Source of the DNA: Amoebophrya sp. A120
Lineage: Eukaryota > Protista > Dinoflagellata
Direction of reading: 5' to 3'
NCBI GenBank assembly: GCA_905178155.1
Contig: CAJINV010000009.1
Span: 682,001 to 746,000, forward strand
Length of the DNA stretch: 64,000 nt
In this document: positions 49,440 through 59,624 of the stretch, piece after piece
Position numbering within the stretch: position 1 is the stretch's first letter
Layout of the letters: each line of letters opens with the position of its first letter
Made by a program: the position numbers and the translations under genes
The notes under the pieces: model-generated
What the model was told of the DNA's origin: nothing
What the model saw: only the letters and a program-made list of their open reading frames with translations
Databases searched by the model: none

Positions 49440-51227
49440 ATGGGCTTTTTTCCGACAGACTTCCGCCGCCGCCTCGCCGTTGAGCAAACGATTTTTGTGC
49501 AGTCCGGTGTGCCGTTTTCCGTCTTAGCTTGTTGCTTGTCCTCATTTCTTTTCCGTAAGTCTGAGCGGTTGCGCTCGTTGCTTTCGGCACTGAGTACTGG
49601 TCTTCTTGGGAACAACTACTGCCATGATGAACACTTTGGTCGACGTAATGACCGCAGTGATAGTTGTGCAGACGGAGCAGCTATCTTCCAGCGACTATTC
49701 GCGGCTGGCTTCCCGCTGCTCGTATATTTCGGCGGATACCTCATTCTGTTCCAGAAGCTGTTTCGTGAGAAGCTTTTGGGCCACCTACCGCCGCAGTTTT
49801 CCGGCGATGCCGCTCGAGCGGGGTGGCGCGACTTCGAACGGTACCGCCTGGCAGCGGAATATTTCTACATGAAAATCGTATTTGATGAAGATCATGACAA
49901 TGACGACCCAGCAACATGTGAAGTTGAGAACTACCTCTTCGCCTGTCATCCGCACGGATTTTTTGTGTTTTCTGCCCTGTTTGCTTTGAGCACGAATGGG
50001 GCACTGGAGTTACGACCCAGTACCGAGCTGGACGGTTCGACGTCTCCATCAAACAAGGGAAACGAATCAGCAGGAATAAAATTGGAAGAGCCGACGGAAC
50101 GGAAAACACTCGTCACGGTTTCGCAGACTCCAAGAGCCCCGGCAAAAAACGCAAATCCCTCCGTCAAGGACAACATTCTGCATCAAATCCGCCACAACTT
50201 TCGCTTCGCGGTGGCGGACTTTCCGTTTGTGGTTCCGGGCATGCGAGAGTACGGACTTTTCACCGGCGCCATTTCTCCAACCGTCGCGGCCATCCGACAC
50301 AATCTGAGCAAAGCTTCGAAGGCCCGCTCCGTGGGACTCGTAATCGGCGGCGCGCAGGAGGCACTTTTAGCCGGACTGGGCGACGACAAAATGCGGCTCA
50401 TCGTGAAGGACCGCTTTGGCTTCGTGCGGGAGGCGCTGCGGGCGCGCGTGAAAATCGTGCCAGTGCTACACTTCGGGGAGAATGCGCTGTGGGAACAGAT
50501 ATTTTGTGGCACGAGTGCACCACCACCAGCACCTGCAGCAAGAATTGGTGCCGGCGTCGAGGCTCCTCCTTCATCTCCCTCCGGTGGTGGAGGTGCTACG
50601 GACCACGATGCGTCAGCGTCGCCACCAGCACCTTCAGTCTCCTCGTTTGTGGAGTCGTTCGTCCGCAAGCTGCAACTCTGGCAGCTGAATACTCTTGGGA
50701 TTGTCGTCCCGCTCTTCTGGCCCGGTCAGTTTCAGTTGGGTTTCGCCCCAAAGAAGGGACGCAAGCTCGTCACGGTGTTCGGAAAACCCTTTGACCCGTG
50801 GGCTTATCTTCGCCTGCAGGGGAAAGTTAAAAGCGCTCCGACGGCCACGGAAGCCGTGCCTTTGGGTGCTGAAAAAGATACAGGTACAGCTGGGGTTGAA
50901 AACACAGATCTCCAAAGGCGAGAACAAACTCATGAGTTAGAAAGAAAAACGAACGCAGCAGAAGAATCCTCGACGGTGCCTGTGGTGACAAACGAGATGA
51001 CGGCAGTTGCGCACGAGGGATATTTGGAGCATCTGCGACAGTTACACTCAAAAACGGCACCTTTGTATGGGGAGAAATGCGATCAAGTGCTCGAGTTTCT
51101 TTCTTCGGAGGAAGCGAAGGCCGCGATGTATCAAGCTCACGGCTATATTGGTGGTGGTGGACAGAATTATACTACGAGCACGAAACCAGGCACAGAGTAC
51201 CAGAAGCACAGGCAGAGCAAGCTTTGA
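49440..51227 (+). CDS. DGAT2: diacylglycerol O-acyltransferase 2 (DAGAT family)
   Basis: YLFACHPHG catalytic motif, PGMREY, VIGGAQEAL, RFGFVREALR..VKIVPVLHFGEN and VTVFGKP. Confidence 0.88.
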   Translation: MGFFPTDFRRRLAVEQTIFVQSGVPFSVLACCLSSFLFRKSERLRSLLSALSTGLLGNNYCHDEHFGRRNDRSDSCADGAAIFQRLFAAGFPLLVYFGGYLILFQKLFREKLLGHLPPQFSGDAARAGWRDFERYRLAAEYFYMKIVFDEDHDNDDPATCEVENYLFACHPHGFFVFSALFALSTNGALELRPSTELDGSTSPSNKGNESAGIKLEEPTERKTLVTVSQTPRAPAKNANPSVKDNILHQIRHNFRFAVADFPFVVPGMREYGLFTGAISPTVAAIRHNLSKASKARSVGLVIGGAQEALLAGLGDDKMRLIVKDRFGFVREALRARVKIVPVLHFGENALWEQIFCGTSAPPPAPAARIGAGVEAPPSSPSGGGGATDHDASASPPAPSVSSFVESFVRKLQLWQLNTLGIVVPLFWPGQFQLGFAPKKGRKLVTVFGKPFDPWAYLRLQGKVKSAPTATEAVPLGAEKDTGTAGVENTDLQRREQTHELERKTNAAEESSTVPVVTNEMTAVAHEGYLEHLRQLHSKTAPLYGEKCDQVLEFLSSEEAKAAMYQAHGYIGGGGQNYTTSTKPGTEYQKHRQSKL

Positions 51228-52027
51228 GCTAGACAAAAAGAAAAAAATCAACTTGGTCAAAAAGATCATATTCGCACTCGGCATTAGAAACTACAAAAGG
51301 AGCGAGAACTACTCACTAGTACCGCAAGATGAAAGAGTCCAAAAACGAACGCAGACTGATGTCATCATGTATGATCTTGAGAAGATAGAACCTGACTCAG
51401 TTGTCATGGTCCAGAGTCATCTGCGTTGTCGTATCAGCCAGTCTTTTCGAAGCTGAGCATCATACGTTGATCTTGCGTTTGAGCTGTGACGCCAGCTTTC
51501 AAAAAAGCTTTGGCGTGGAGTCTAGCGATGATTTTCATGTTCATATTTTTTTTTTTTTCTTGTGTACTACGTACTGTACTACTCGAGAAGCCTTTTGCTT
51601 TTCCAATGGTGAAGCGATCTCGATTTCTATCCGCCTCTTCTTTGCTATTGTTGCATTTTTCTTGATAAAAGCACCAGCGGAGCCGATCATAAAAAATTAA
51701 CACTTGGCAAAGATGTAGATGGTGGAGCCTCGTTTTTCGCTCTTGCTTTCAGTTGTACTTTTTTGACATAATTCCGACGCTTGTGCATCAACTTGCTACG
51801 CTTATAGGTATCTGATATCTTTTCCAATCGCAGCTGCGATGTGATAGTATCTTTTTGAGACTACATGTTGTTTTTCAAGTGGTACTTACTCATTTTCGCA
51901 ATGGCGCAAGTCCAAGTGACAGAACAAATATAAAAAGCAGTTCTTCATCTCTGAGGCACAGGACCACCGTCGCAGTAAGTGTTAGGATAAGGATTGCAGC
52001 AGCACTACGTTCTAACAAACGAGCAAG

Positions 52028-53923
52028 ATGGACGTTCTCGAGGAGTGTACCCAGGAGCTGCGGGATATGGCCGAGGAGCGGGACTGGAACCAGTTTCACA
52101 CGCCGCGGAATATCCTCCTGGCCCTGGTCGGCGAGGTGGGCGAACTGGCGGAGCTGTTTCAGTGGCGGACGGACTTCACCTGCCAACGAAACCTCCCGGA
52201 GTGGAGCGACAAAGACCGTCAGAAGGTGCGGGACGAGGTGGCGGACGTGTTTGCGTACGTGGTCCGCTTTGCGGACTTGTGCGGCATTAACCTGTTGGCT
52301 GCGTTTCGAGAAAAGATGGTCAAGAACCGGGCGAAGTATCCGGTCGAGTTGTGCTATCCACAGTAAATTTCCCGTACACGTACACATGCGGTCTCTGCAT
52401 GAGAAAACTTGGCTTCGATCCTAGTTTAATAGCATGGCAAGTTTTACGCTTCAAATTGGTGAAATTTGTGATGCATGTTGTACATGTACGGGAAATTTTT
52501 TGTATTGCATATGTGCTACGGTAAAAGCACCAAGTACAACGAACTGGAGGCTGCCGAGCGACGGGTAGATAGATCACCGTCTGTTCTTGTCGAAAATCAA
52601 GCACTACAACCCCACACAGGAATAGGGCTTAAGCTTATAGTACCTCCGTCGAAAAATGATAATTATACGACGAGCCCTGCTGGCGTGCCAAACCCGCAAT
52701 CGAATGTGGCTGCTTCGTCCAGACAGCCCCCGAAACCCCCTACGGTGCAAAAACGGAAAAATAATCTGGAATCAAACAATTTCGGCGCACACCAGCTCGG
52801 CGGCGCCATGGCTATTCCAACAACATCAGGATCACCAGCAGCGAGTAGTGGCAAAATAAATGGGACGAATACCAACCCGAATAAAAGCATTACGTTCGAA
52901 GACATTTGCGCCACCAAATCCGCAAACAGGTCAAGCAACGTCAATGCGAATGGCACTTTCACCGGTGGCGGCAGTGCCACTGCGAGACCAGGTCATCAAA
53001 ACCCAAACACTTCTTTTCAGCCGCATCCCGGGGGAATTGTGGACCCCGGCTCCGCGACGACGGTGGCAGTGCGGTTCGGGGACGTAGCCGGTGCCGGGTA
53101 TTCTGCTTTTTCTGCCTCAAGTTCCTCGCCTCACACCGGAGGTCCTCCGCAGCACCTTGCTCCTCCCGGCGCCATGTTCAAGAATCAACGTGATCTGCAG
53201 ATGAAACCTTCCCCCCTTTCACGCGTGCCCGTCTTGCAACCACCGCCAAGCAACCGACTCGCAGGTAGAGGGCAGAATGCCGTGGGACGATCGTCCTCGT
53301 CCTCCTCATCCTCGGCGGGTGAGGCTTCTGGGGTGAACGGAACCGCCTCGCAAAAGGGCGCGGAGGAGTCATCTCGTCAATCCTCTTCTTCCCGGTCAGG
53401 AAACGAGGAATCAAGAGGGACAGGTGCTTGTTTGAAGAGCGGTGCAGCAGCAACGAGCACGGTTGGGCGTGCGGGCCGGGGTTCAGGGAGCTTCGGGCGG
53501 TTTGTGGAGCAGCGCCAGCAGAAGCAGCAGTTTCTGCCCGAGCCACCCCCACCCATGATAGTGCCTCCAGGACAAAGTGGAGCCACGGCACTTGAAACGC
53601 CCGTAATTGAACCGGTCAAAACGAATAACCCGTTTCTGGAGGATGTCACAGTTGAGGCATTTTCGAGCGACGAATTAGGTGTTGATCGGGGTCGGGGAGT
53701 GACGAAAAATTCCAGCACCTACAACATGGACAGGACGATCCACTGCGAGCAGGAGATTGAAGAAGGAACCACTGGTGCCAGTGGAGAAAAACGCCAGCGA
53801 ACGACAGTCACAAGACCGATTGCCCCAGCTAGTAGTGCTGTTGCCGCCCAGGATCTTCCCGGGTCTGTGTCGATGTATGGCGTGCCTGGGAGGGGGCCGT
53901 GCGGTCCGTCGTCGCAGGCCTAG
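52028..53923 (+). CDS. DCTPP1: dCTP pyrophosphatase 1 (MazG-like) with long low-complexity C-terminal extension; exons 52028-52354 and 52517-53923
   Basis: ERDWNQFHTPRNILLALVGEVGELAELFQW...DEVADV...KNRAKYPVELC|YGKSTKY. An upstream exon is possible. Confidence 0.88.
52355..52511. mobile_element. introner/MITE (157 bp), TSD TGTGC
   Basis: Imperfect TIR TATCCACAGTAAATTTCCCGTACACGTACA vs reverse complement TATGCAATACAAAAAATTTCCCGTACATGTACA. TGTGC at 52350-52354 and 52512-52516. Confidence 0.88.
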
Positions 53924-54530
53924 TAGAAGAGGATTCTGTCGTGGTGTGCTGTATCACTCGTGTGATTTTATGGATATGATTGTGCTGGTGGCCCCTGCAG
54001 CAGTCGCCGCTCCGCTGTATCAAATATTATTCGAGGATGAAGTAGAACAACAAAAGCGCATATGTTGTTCTTGATCTTGTTTTTTCGTTTTCATTTTGAT
54101 GTAAAGGTAAAGCGCTAGTAACGCTAAGGTGTGCGTGTCAAACTGAAGTAGTGTCTAGCTCTAGTGGTTTTCGAATAATCATTATTCCGCCATTGATTAA
54201 GAAACACAGAGAGCACACGGAGAATCACATTCGGGCTACCAAAAGTGAAGCGTTCATTTCTGGGCCTCCTCCCTCCGTTTTTCAAGTGTTCAGCTTAAGA
54301 TCATCCCTTTTCCAAACCAGCATCGAGAAGAGTGGTGAGTGTTTGCTTTCTGTCCGTGTCCGTTCAATATATGATAGCCGCGAAAATAAACAAAAGCACC
54401 GGGCATGTCAAGAGCAATTGTGGATTTTCGACTTGGTCTTGGTCGCGCAGCAACTAAGTACAGTGATTCATGATACGCATACCTTAGGAAATAGACAGGA
54501 GTTTCTCAACCGAGTACAAGACGCTCGAAG

Positions 54531-56462
54531 ATGTTCCCACGATCCCGGAAAGCCGTGTTTGTCACGCTAGAGTACGCAGACCCGATCTTTAGTGGCAATG
54601 GCGTGTATAGCCGGTCGATCGTGCAGGGTCTGCTGGCGAAAGGCTTTGACGTGCTCGTTCTTTGCGGCACCGACGGAGATGCCACCTCCAGCAGGTATGA
54701 TCCCTTTTCTCCGTGTGACCAAGAGGCTGGCCTCGTGGTTCCGGAAAACGGGAGCCGACGCCAACAGCAGAAGGACGTTGTTAGTACTAGAGACTCAAAC
54801 CCTATTAACCAGTCCGGGAGGCTGAAGGTCGTGGCTTTCCCGCTCAAAACGTGGAGGCGCTTGGACCGAGGGTCGGACTGGGAGGGGTTGTGCACCCACG
54901 TCGAGCACAACTTCGACCGAGTTTGTCAAGAAATCGATCTACTGTGTGGTACAAGCTGGCGCACTTCACCAACTACGCCGCCGGGGGAAGAACGAAATAC
55001 AGAGGCGGTAGCTGCAGATCAACATGATGCAGCTACCGCTAGTACGAAGAACACCGACGCACCGCTTCCGTACCTGATCGCTGTGGACTGGACGGGCGCA
55101 CACACGGCGGCGCGGTTGCAAGCAGCTCTGGCTGCGAAGCACGGCGGAAATGTGCTCGCAAAGCAGTTCCAGCAGTCGATCTTGTTTGTTTTTCGTATCT
55201 TCTGCGCTTCCACCTGTTTCGAGTTTTCCGCGGACGACCGGGCGTTTTACCGGTCGATGGAAACGAAGGCCGCTACCGAGTTCGCGGACAAAATAATTTG
55301 CTGTAGCACCATCGACTGCGAGCTACTGAAAACAAGTTTGGGCATAATTGACGCTTTCGCGTCCGAGAACGGCGAAGACGAAAAGATTGGTCCTGCCCCG
55401 CCAGCAGCAGCACCTATATTATCGCTGAATCCACCACTGCGAGAAGGCTTCGAGGAAAGTGTGAAGGCCGCAGTTGTTCCGGAAACGAAGCAGCCACCAG
55501 CTACGCGAAGCAAGCTGCTTTGCTGCTGCCGATTGTCTCCAGAAAAGCGGGTGGATTTTTTTGTGGACGTCTTGTGCACACAGAAAGTCCAGGACTTTCT
55601 TCGTCAAGTAAATGAAGTTCTTCCAGCTACACTAGAACACTCAGCACCAGAAAAATTGCAAGTAGACGACGCCTCTACAACTTCCACCATAATTACCCAA
55701 GCCGAAGGCCAAAGCGAACTTCTGGTTCTGTGCGAAGCAAAATATTCTTCTTCTTCTTCAAACCCGAGACGAGCAGTGGTCGTTCCTTACATTATCGGCT
55801 CCGCCAATACCCCTTGGGCACAGGAGCACGTGATCGACAGGTTACGAACCACCGGTGCCTATCGGCTCGTTTTCGAAACGCGCGGGACACCAACCGCCGC
55901 AGCGCCAGGTGATGGATCTGATGGACAAGCGCATCAACAAGAAAATGATCCCCGTCCAAAAATCATCATACGTGATTTCATGGCAGCTGACGAGCTGAGA
56001 GCGGTTTTCAAAGAAACAATTTTGAATTTCCATCCGGCCTTGTACGATTCCTACGCTATGACGATAGTGGAGGCAGCGGCTTGCGGGACGCCTAGTCTAC
56101 TGCACCGGGAGAACACGGTCGGCGCGGCTGACGTGTTGGGGGAAGAGGGTATCTATCGTGTCGGCATGACTGATTGCGAAGCTTGTGCAGATCGACTCAT
56201 TGAGATATTGAAGAATGAATTAGAGGTAGCTAAAACTACTAGTACTTCTGAGGAACAATTCGAAGGAATTGGAACTAGTACAACTAGCACGAAGAAGAAT
56301 TATGCACTGCCGAGTACAGATGTCGCTAGCTGCGCACAGCGAAAAGCCTTAGCATACAGTACTAGCGAGTTCTCTGCCAGTCTGGAAAATTTGATAGTCT
56401 CACCAGCTGCCAATGGGCGTGAACAACTGGACCCATTACAATTACGAGGTAAAGAGAAATGA
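54531..56462 (+). CDS. GT-B glycosyltransferase, family 4-like
   Basis: N-terminal FSGNGVYSRSIVQGL, CCRLSPEKRVD and FHPALYDSYAMTIVEAAACGTP (Glycos_transf_1 signature). Confidence 0.85.
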   Translation: MFPRSRKAVFVTLEYADPIFSGNGVYSRSIVQGLLAKGFDVLVLCGTDGDATSSRYDPFSPCDQEAGLVVPENGSRRQQQKDVVSTRDSNPINQSGRLKVVAFPLKTWRRLDRGSDWEGLCTHVEHNFDRVCQEIDLLCGTSWRTSPTTPPGEERNTEAVAADQHDAATASTKNTDAPLPYLIAVDWTGAHTAARLQAALAAKHGGNVLAKQFQQSILFVFRIFCASTCFEFSADDRAFYRSMETKAATEFADKIICCSTIDCELLKTSLGIIDAFASENGEDEKIGPAPPAAAPILSLNPPLREGFEESVKAAVVPETKQPPATRSKLLCCCRLSPEKRVDFFVDVLCTQKVQDFLRQVNEVLPATLEHSAPEKLQVDDASTTSTIITQAEGQSELLVLCEAKYSSSSSNPRRAVVVPYIIGSANTPWAQEHVIDRLRTTGAYRLVFETRGTPTAAAPGDGSDGQAHQQENDPRPKIIIRDFMAADELRAVFKETILNFHPALYDSYAMTIVEAAACGTPSLLHRENTVGAADVLGEEGIYRVGMTDCEACADRLIEILKNELEVAKTTSTSEEQFEGIGTSTTSTKKNYALPSTDVASCAQRKALAYSTSEFSASLENLIVSPAANGREQLDPLQLRGKEK

Positions 56463-56900
56463 AACAGCAATCACTTCTACGTTTCGCTGATGGTATGTTT
56501 TTCGTACTGTGAAAGTTGCCGACTCTGTGCTCGCGCTCGGTGTTGATGACTAAACGCACACAAACGCAAACCTGAGGCGTGAACGGAAATAAGATGCAAG
56601 CGACCAAGGTTTTTTTTTCCCAATGTTGATGGTGTAGCTTTGCATTTCTCTAGTTTTAAGCTAAATCTTCTTGAGAACGATCTGATCAGTGCTTGAGAGC
56701 AGGACAGGAGAGACAATCAATTTGATACTGAGAGAAACAAAATCCTCGACGAGAAAACTCAATCTTAAACACAGAAAGATTTTGATTCAAAGGAGTTTCC
56801 GGTCTTTGTCAGGGAATAGAGCGCACCCAACGTGAGCTACCAGCTTCCCATTTGGAGGCAGTGCGGACGAGCAGGCACAGGACGAGGCTGCCCTATTCAC

Positions 56901-58742
56901 ATGAAGAAAATTTCGACCGACGCAGCCGAGCTTGGCATTCGGCCATTGGGCCGATGCGTGGTCACTGGGGGGCGCGGCTGGGTCGGAAAGCGTTTGGTTC
57001 ACTATTTGCAAGAGAACGCTGCTGCATTTGGCGTGACAGAAATCATTTCCGCCGACATTGCGCCTTTGTCGTCTTCCAAAAGGTTGTCTACGACCCCTCG
57101 AGATGAAGAAGATCAAGATCGAAAGTGTGCAGAAGCGAAGATGAACAATCTTCAAGTGTCTATTTCAGCCGCGTCTAATAGCACGAACAACGAATTTCCG
57201 CACGTCCGAGAAGTGATTTGCGACGTATCAAATTCTGAAGCCGAGGTCACAGCGCAGCTTTTCACCGAAGACAAAGGGGAACGAGTAGACACCGTTTTCC
57301 ATCTGGCAGCCGTTATTGACCTTCGCACAGAAAAACAGTCCTACTTCGATCACTGTTTGCGCGTCAACTGTGTCGGGACGGAAAATGTTTACAAGGCCTT
57401 TTGCAGTAATGCGGTCAATAAAGCTGCAGGAAAGAGTTGTGTAAAGTCGTCCGCAACCGCACCAGCGAGAACCTCAAGCCCTGGGTGGTCTCCTGCGGGG
57501 ACAACGAGCACCGAGGACGTCGCCTTGGCTCTCAGCTCCGATCGAACAAGCTCCAGCACCTTTGAAGAAGTCTTAGAAGATGCAGGCTGCAGGATCCCTG
57601 TTGGAAAAGCTCGCATGATCCACGTAAGCTCTCACGATGCGACTTACAACTACGATGCCAAGCGGAATTCCAGTGCCAAACCATTTCTAAAAATGACGGC
57701 CTACGGTTCCTCGTTGCAGATAAACTCTCCCTGTCCCTACGCCCGAAGCAAAGCGCGAACTGAGAAAAGGCTACAGGACTTGCACGCTGGAGCGAACCAT
57801 GTGGTCGCTCACGTTAAACAAGAGAACAGTAACAGTGACCGGATTTCTTGCAGCGCCACCTCCTGCGTCGATGGTCATGTTGCGGAAGATCCACAAGAAC
57901 CCAGCAGCGCTAATGTCAACAACATCGACCTGATTTGCGTCCGCCCGACACACGTGTGCGATTTCGGAGAACAATTCTTGCTTGATCCGGTTGCGCGGGA
58001 CCTGAGCACTGTCCCTTTTCGCATTTCGTGCGCGCGAGACAAAAAGATGTCGTTCGTTTCAGTAGAAACGCTGGTCATTGCGCTGGTACAGGCGGCGAGG
58101 GTTGTGGATGCCGCTCGTGTAAACGATCGAGATGCAAAGGCTAGTGGTAGTGTGCTGACTTCTGCATCTCCAGCATTCCCGGTTTACTACGTGAAAGATT
58201 TGGACTGCAATTTCTTCGATTTTTACTTCCGCTACGCGCGGAAGCCGATGCAATTCTCCCCGGCAAGCAGCACGAGAAGCAGAAGACATGCGGCGAGAAT
58301 CCGAAGAAAATCTGCAAAATGTCAAATTTATCTCCCCGCACCGTTCCTCCTAGCCGTTGCCTGGTTAGCGGACGTAGTCTGGCTTGGCGTGTATTCTGTC
58401 TTTCGGGGACGCATATTTGAGCGCCATCCCTTTTTGGGCCTTCGGTACAACGGGGTCTGGTTGCCTTGCTCGGATATGATTTCCGATGATGCAGAAGCAA
58501 GGAGGAGACTCCAGTACAGAAGTAATCAGAAATTGGTTGAAATGGTAGGACTTTCGGACGATGATGGATGTTGTGAAGCAGATGACGATGCTCTTCTTGC
58601 AGCGCGTTTGATGAAGGGAGAGGGGCTAGCATATCAATCCACTTCAGAAATGAAAAAATCTAGCAAGGAGCTCGCTAAGAAACAAAAATGTAAAGCACTC
58701 GACCATGGCTATGGTAATCATGCCCAGAATCTGGCATTGTAG
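56901..58742 (+). CDS. 3-beta-hydroxysteroid dehydrogenase / NAD-dependent epimerase family (extended SDR)
   Basis: VVTGGRGWVG Rossmann motif, VFHLAA, VNCVGTENV, IHVSS, YARSK catalytic motif and VRP. First ATG at 56901, in ORF 56832..58742. Confidence 0.85.
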   Translation: MKKISTDAAELGIRPLGRCVVTGGRGWVGKRLVHYLQENAAAFGVTEIISADIAPLSSSKRLSTTPRDEEDQDRKCAEAKMNNLQVSISAASNSTNNEFPHVREVICDVSNSEAEVTAQLFTEDKGERVDTVFHLAAVIDLRTEKQSYFDHCLRVNCVGTENVYKAFCSNAVNKAAGKSCVKSSATAPARTSSPGWSPAGTTSTEDVALALSSDRTSSSTFEEVLEDAGCRIPVGKARMIHVSSHDATYNYDAKRNSSAKPFLKMTAYGSSLQINSPCPYARSKARTEKRLQDLHAGANHVVAHVKQENSNSDRISCSATSCVDGHVAEDPQEPSSANVNNIDLICVRPTHVCDFGEQFLLDPVARDLSTVPFRISCARDKKMSFVSVETLVIALVQAARVVDAARVNDRDAKASGSVLTSASPAFPVYYVKDLDCNFFDFYFRYARKPMQFSPASSTRSRRHAARIRRKSAKCQIYLPAPFLLAVAWLADVVWLGVYSVFRGRIFERHPFLGLRYNGVWLPCSDMISDDAEARRRLQYRSNQKLVEMVGLSDDDGCCEADDDALLAARLMKGEGLAYQSTSEMKKSSKELAKKQKCKALDHGYGNHAQNLAL

Positions 58743-59624
58743 GCAACAAGCATTGTCACTCCCTCGGCGCGTACTCACCTAAAGCTGGCGTCGCCGTCGC
58801 CATGCTGTTCCGTCTGTCTGAGAAGCGTCAGTGATAAGTGGAGTAACCATATTTTTGAATGATCTTCCGGTCCTCCTGCTGTTTCTATTCATGCGATCAC
58901 GCATTCATCTGATATCACTAGCACTCGCTGTCGCGCACCAGACGGACGGATATTTTCAGTTTTAGAGAATGTTTTGACAATTAACGACACTGAATAACGC
59001 CAAAAACACCTCAAGAGTAGCTCCGATCATTTTTTGAGAACTGGTCTTGGATCCCTTTCATCATTTGAAGATCTTTACAAAAGGTAAGACCCATGCTGGA
59101 CGACGTTGTCGTGGCCATCAGCATCACAAGAACCAAACGGCGCAGATCCTCCTGTGCATGCCGTCTTTGAATAACGTGGTCTTTTTCGTTTTCATTTCTA
59201 TCCCACGCAAGTTTCTTTGTGATCTGACATTTTAGTCCTAGAAATCGAAATACAGGCATTTTTCTATCACATACCCTCCTGACTGCCCCTCTATTCGTCT
59301 ATGAAGTTGAAGTTAGTACATGATTATGAAAAAATCCACACAGACACACATTCCCCTTACCAGCCAGCAAACATCAACTTGACAAGCGCGGTCAAGATCA
59401 TGAGCTATCCCCCGCCACGAAACAAGAACAGAAGCATGATTGCTAGGCAGAACTACAGAAACAGAGAACGCGTAAAAGATGCGACTCTCGACCCCAAACC
59501 ACGTTCTTTCCACCCTGTGGGGAAAATAAAGCCGAAAGTAGAATAGTCTACTAGTTCTCCCTCTGCCGTCTTAGCCTATCGGCATCAGAAAAGCAAACAA
59601 TATCGCACAACTTGATATCTCGTC

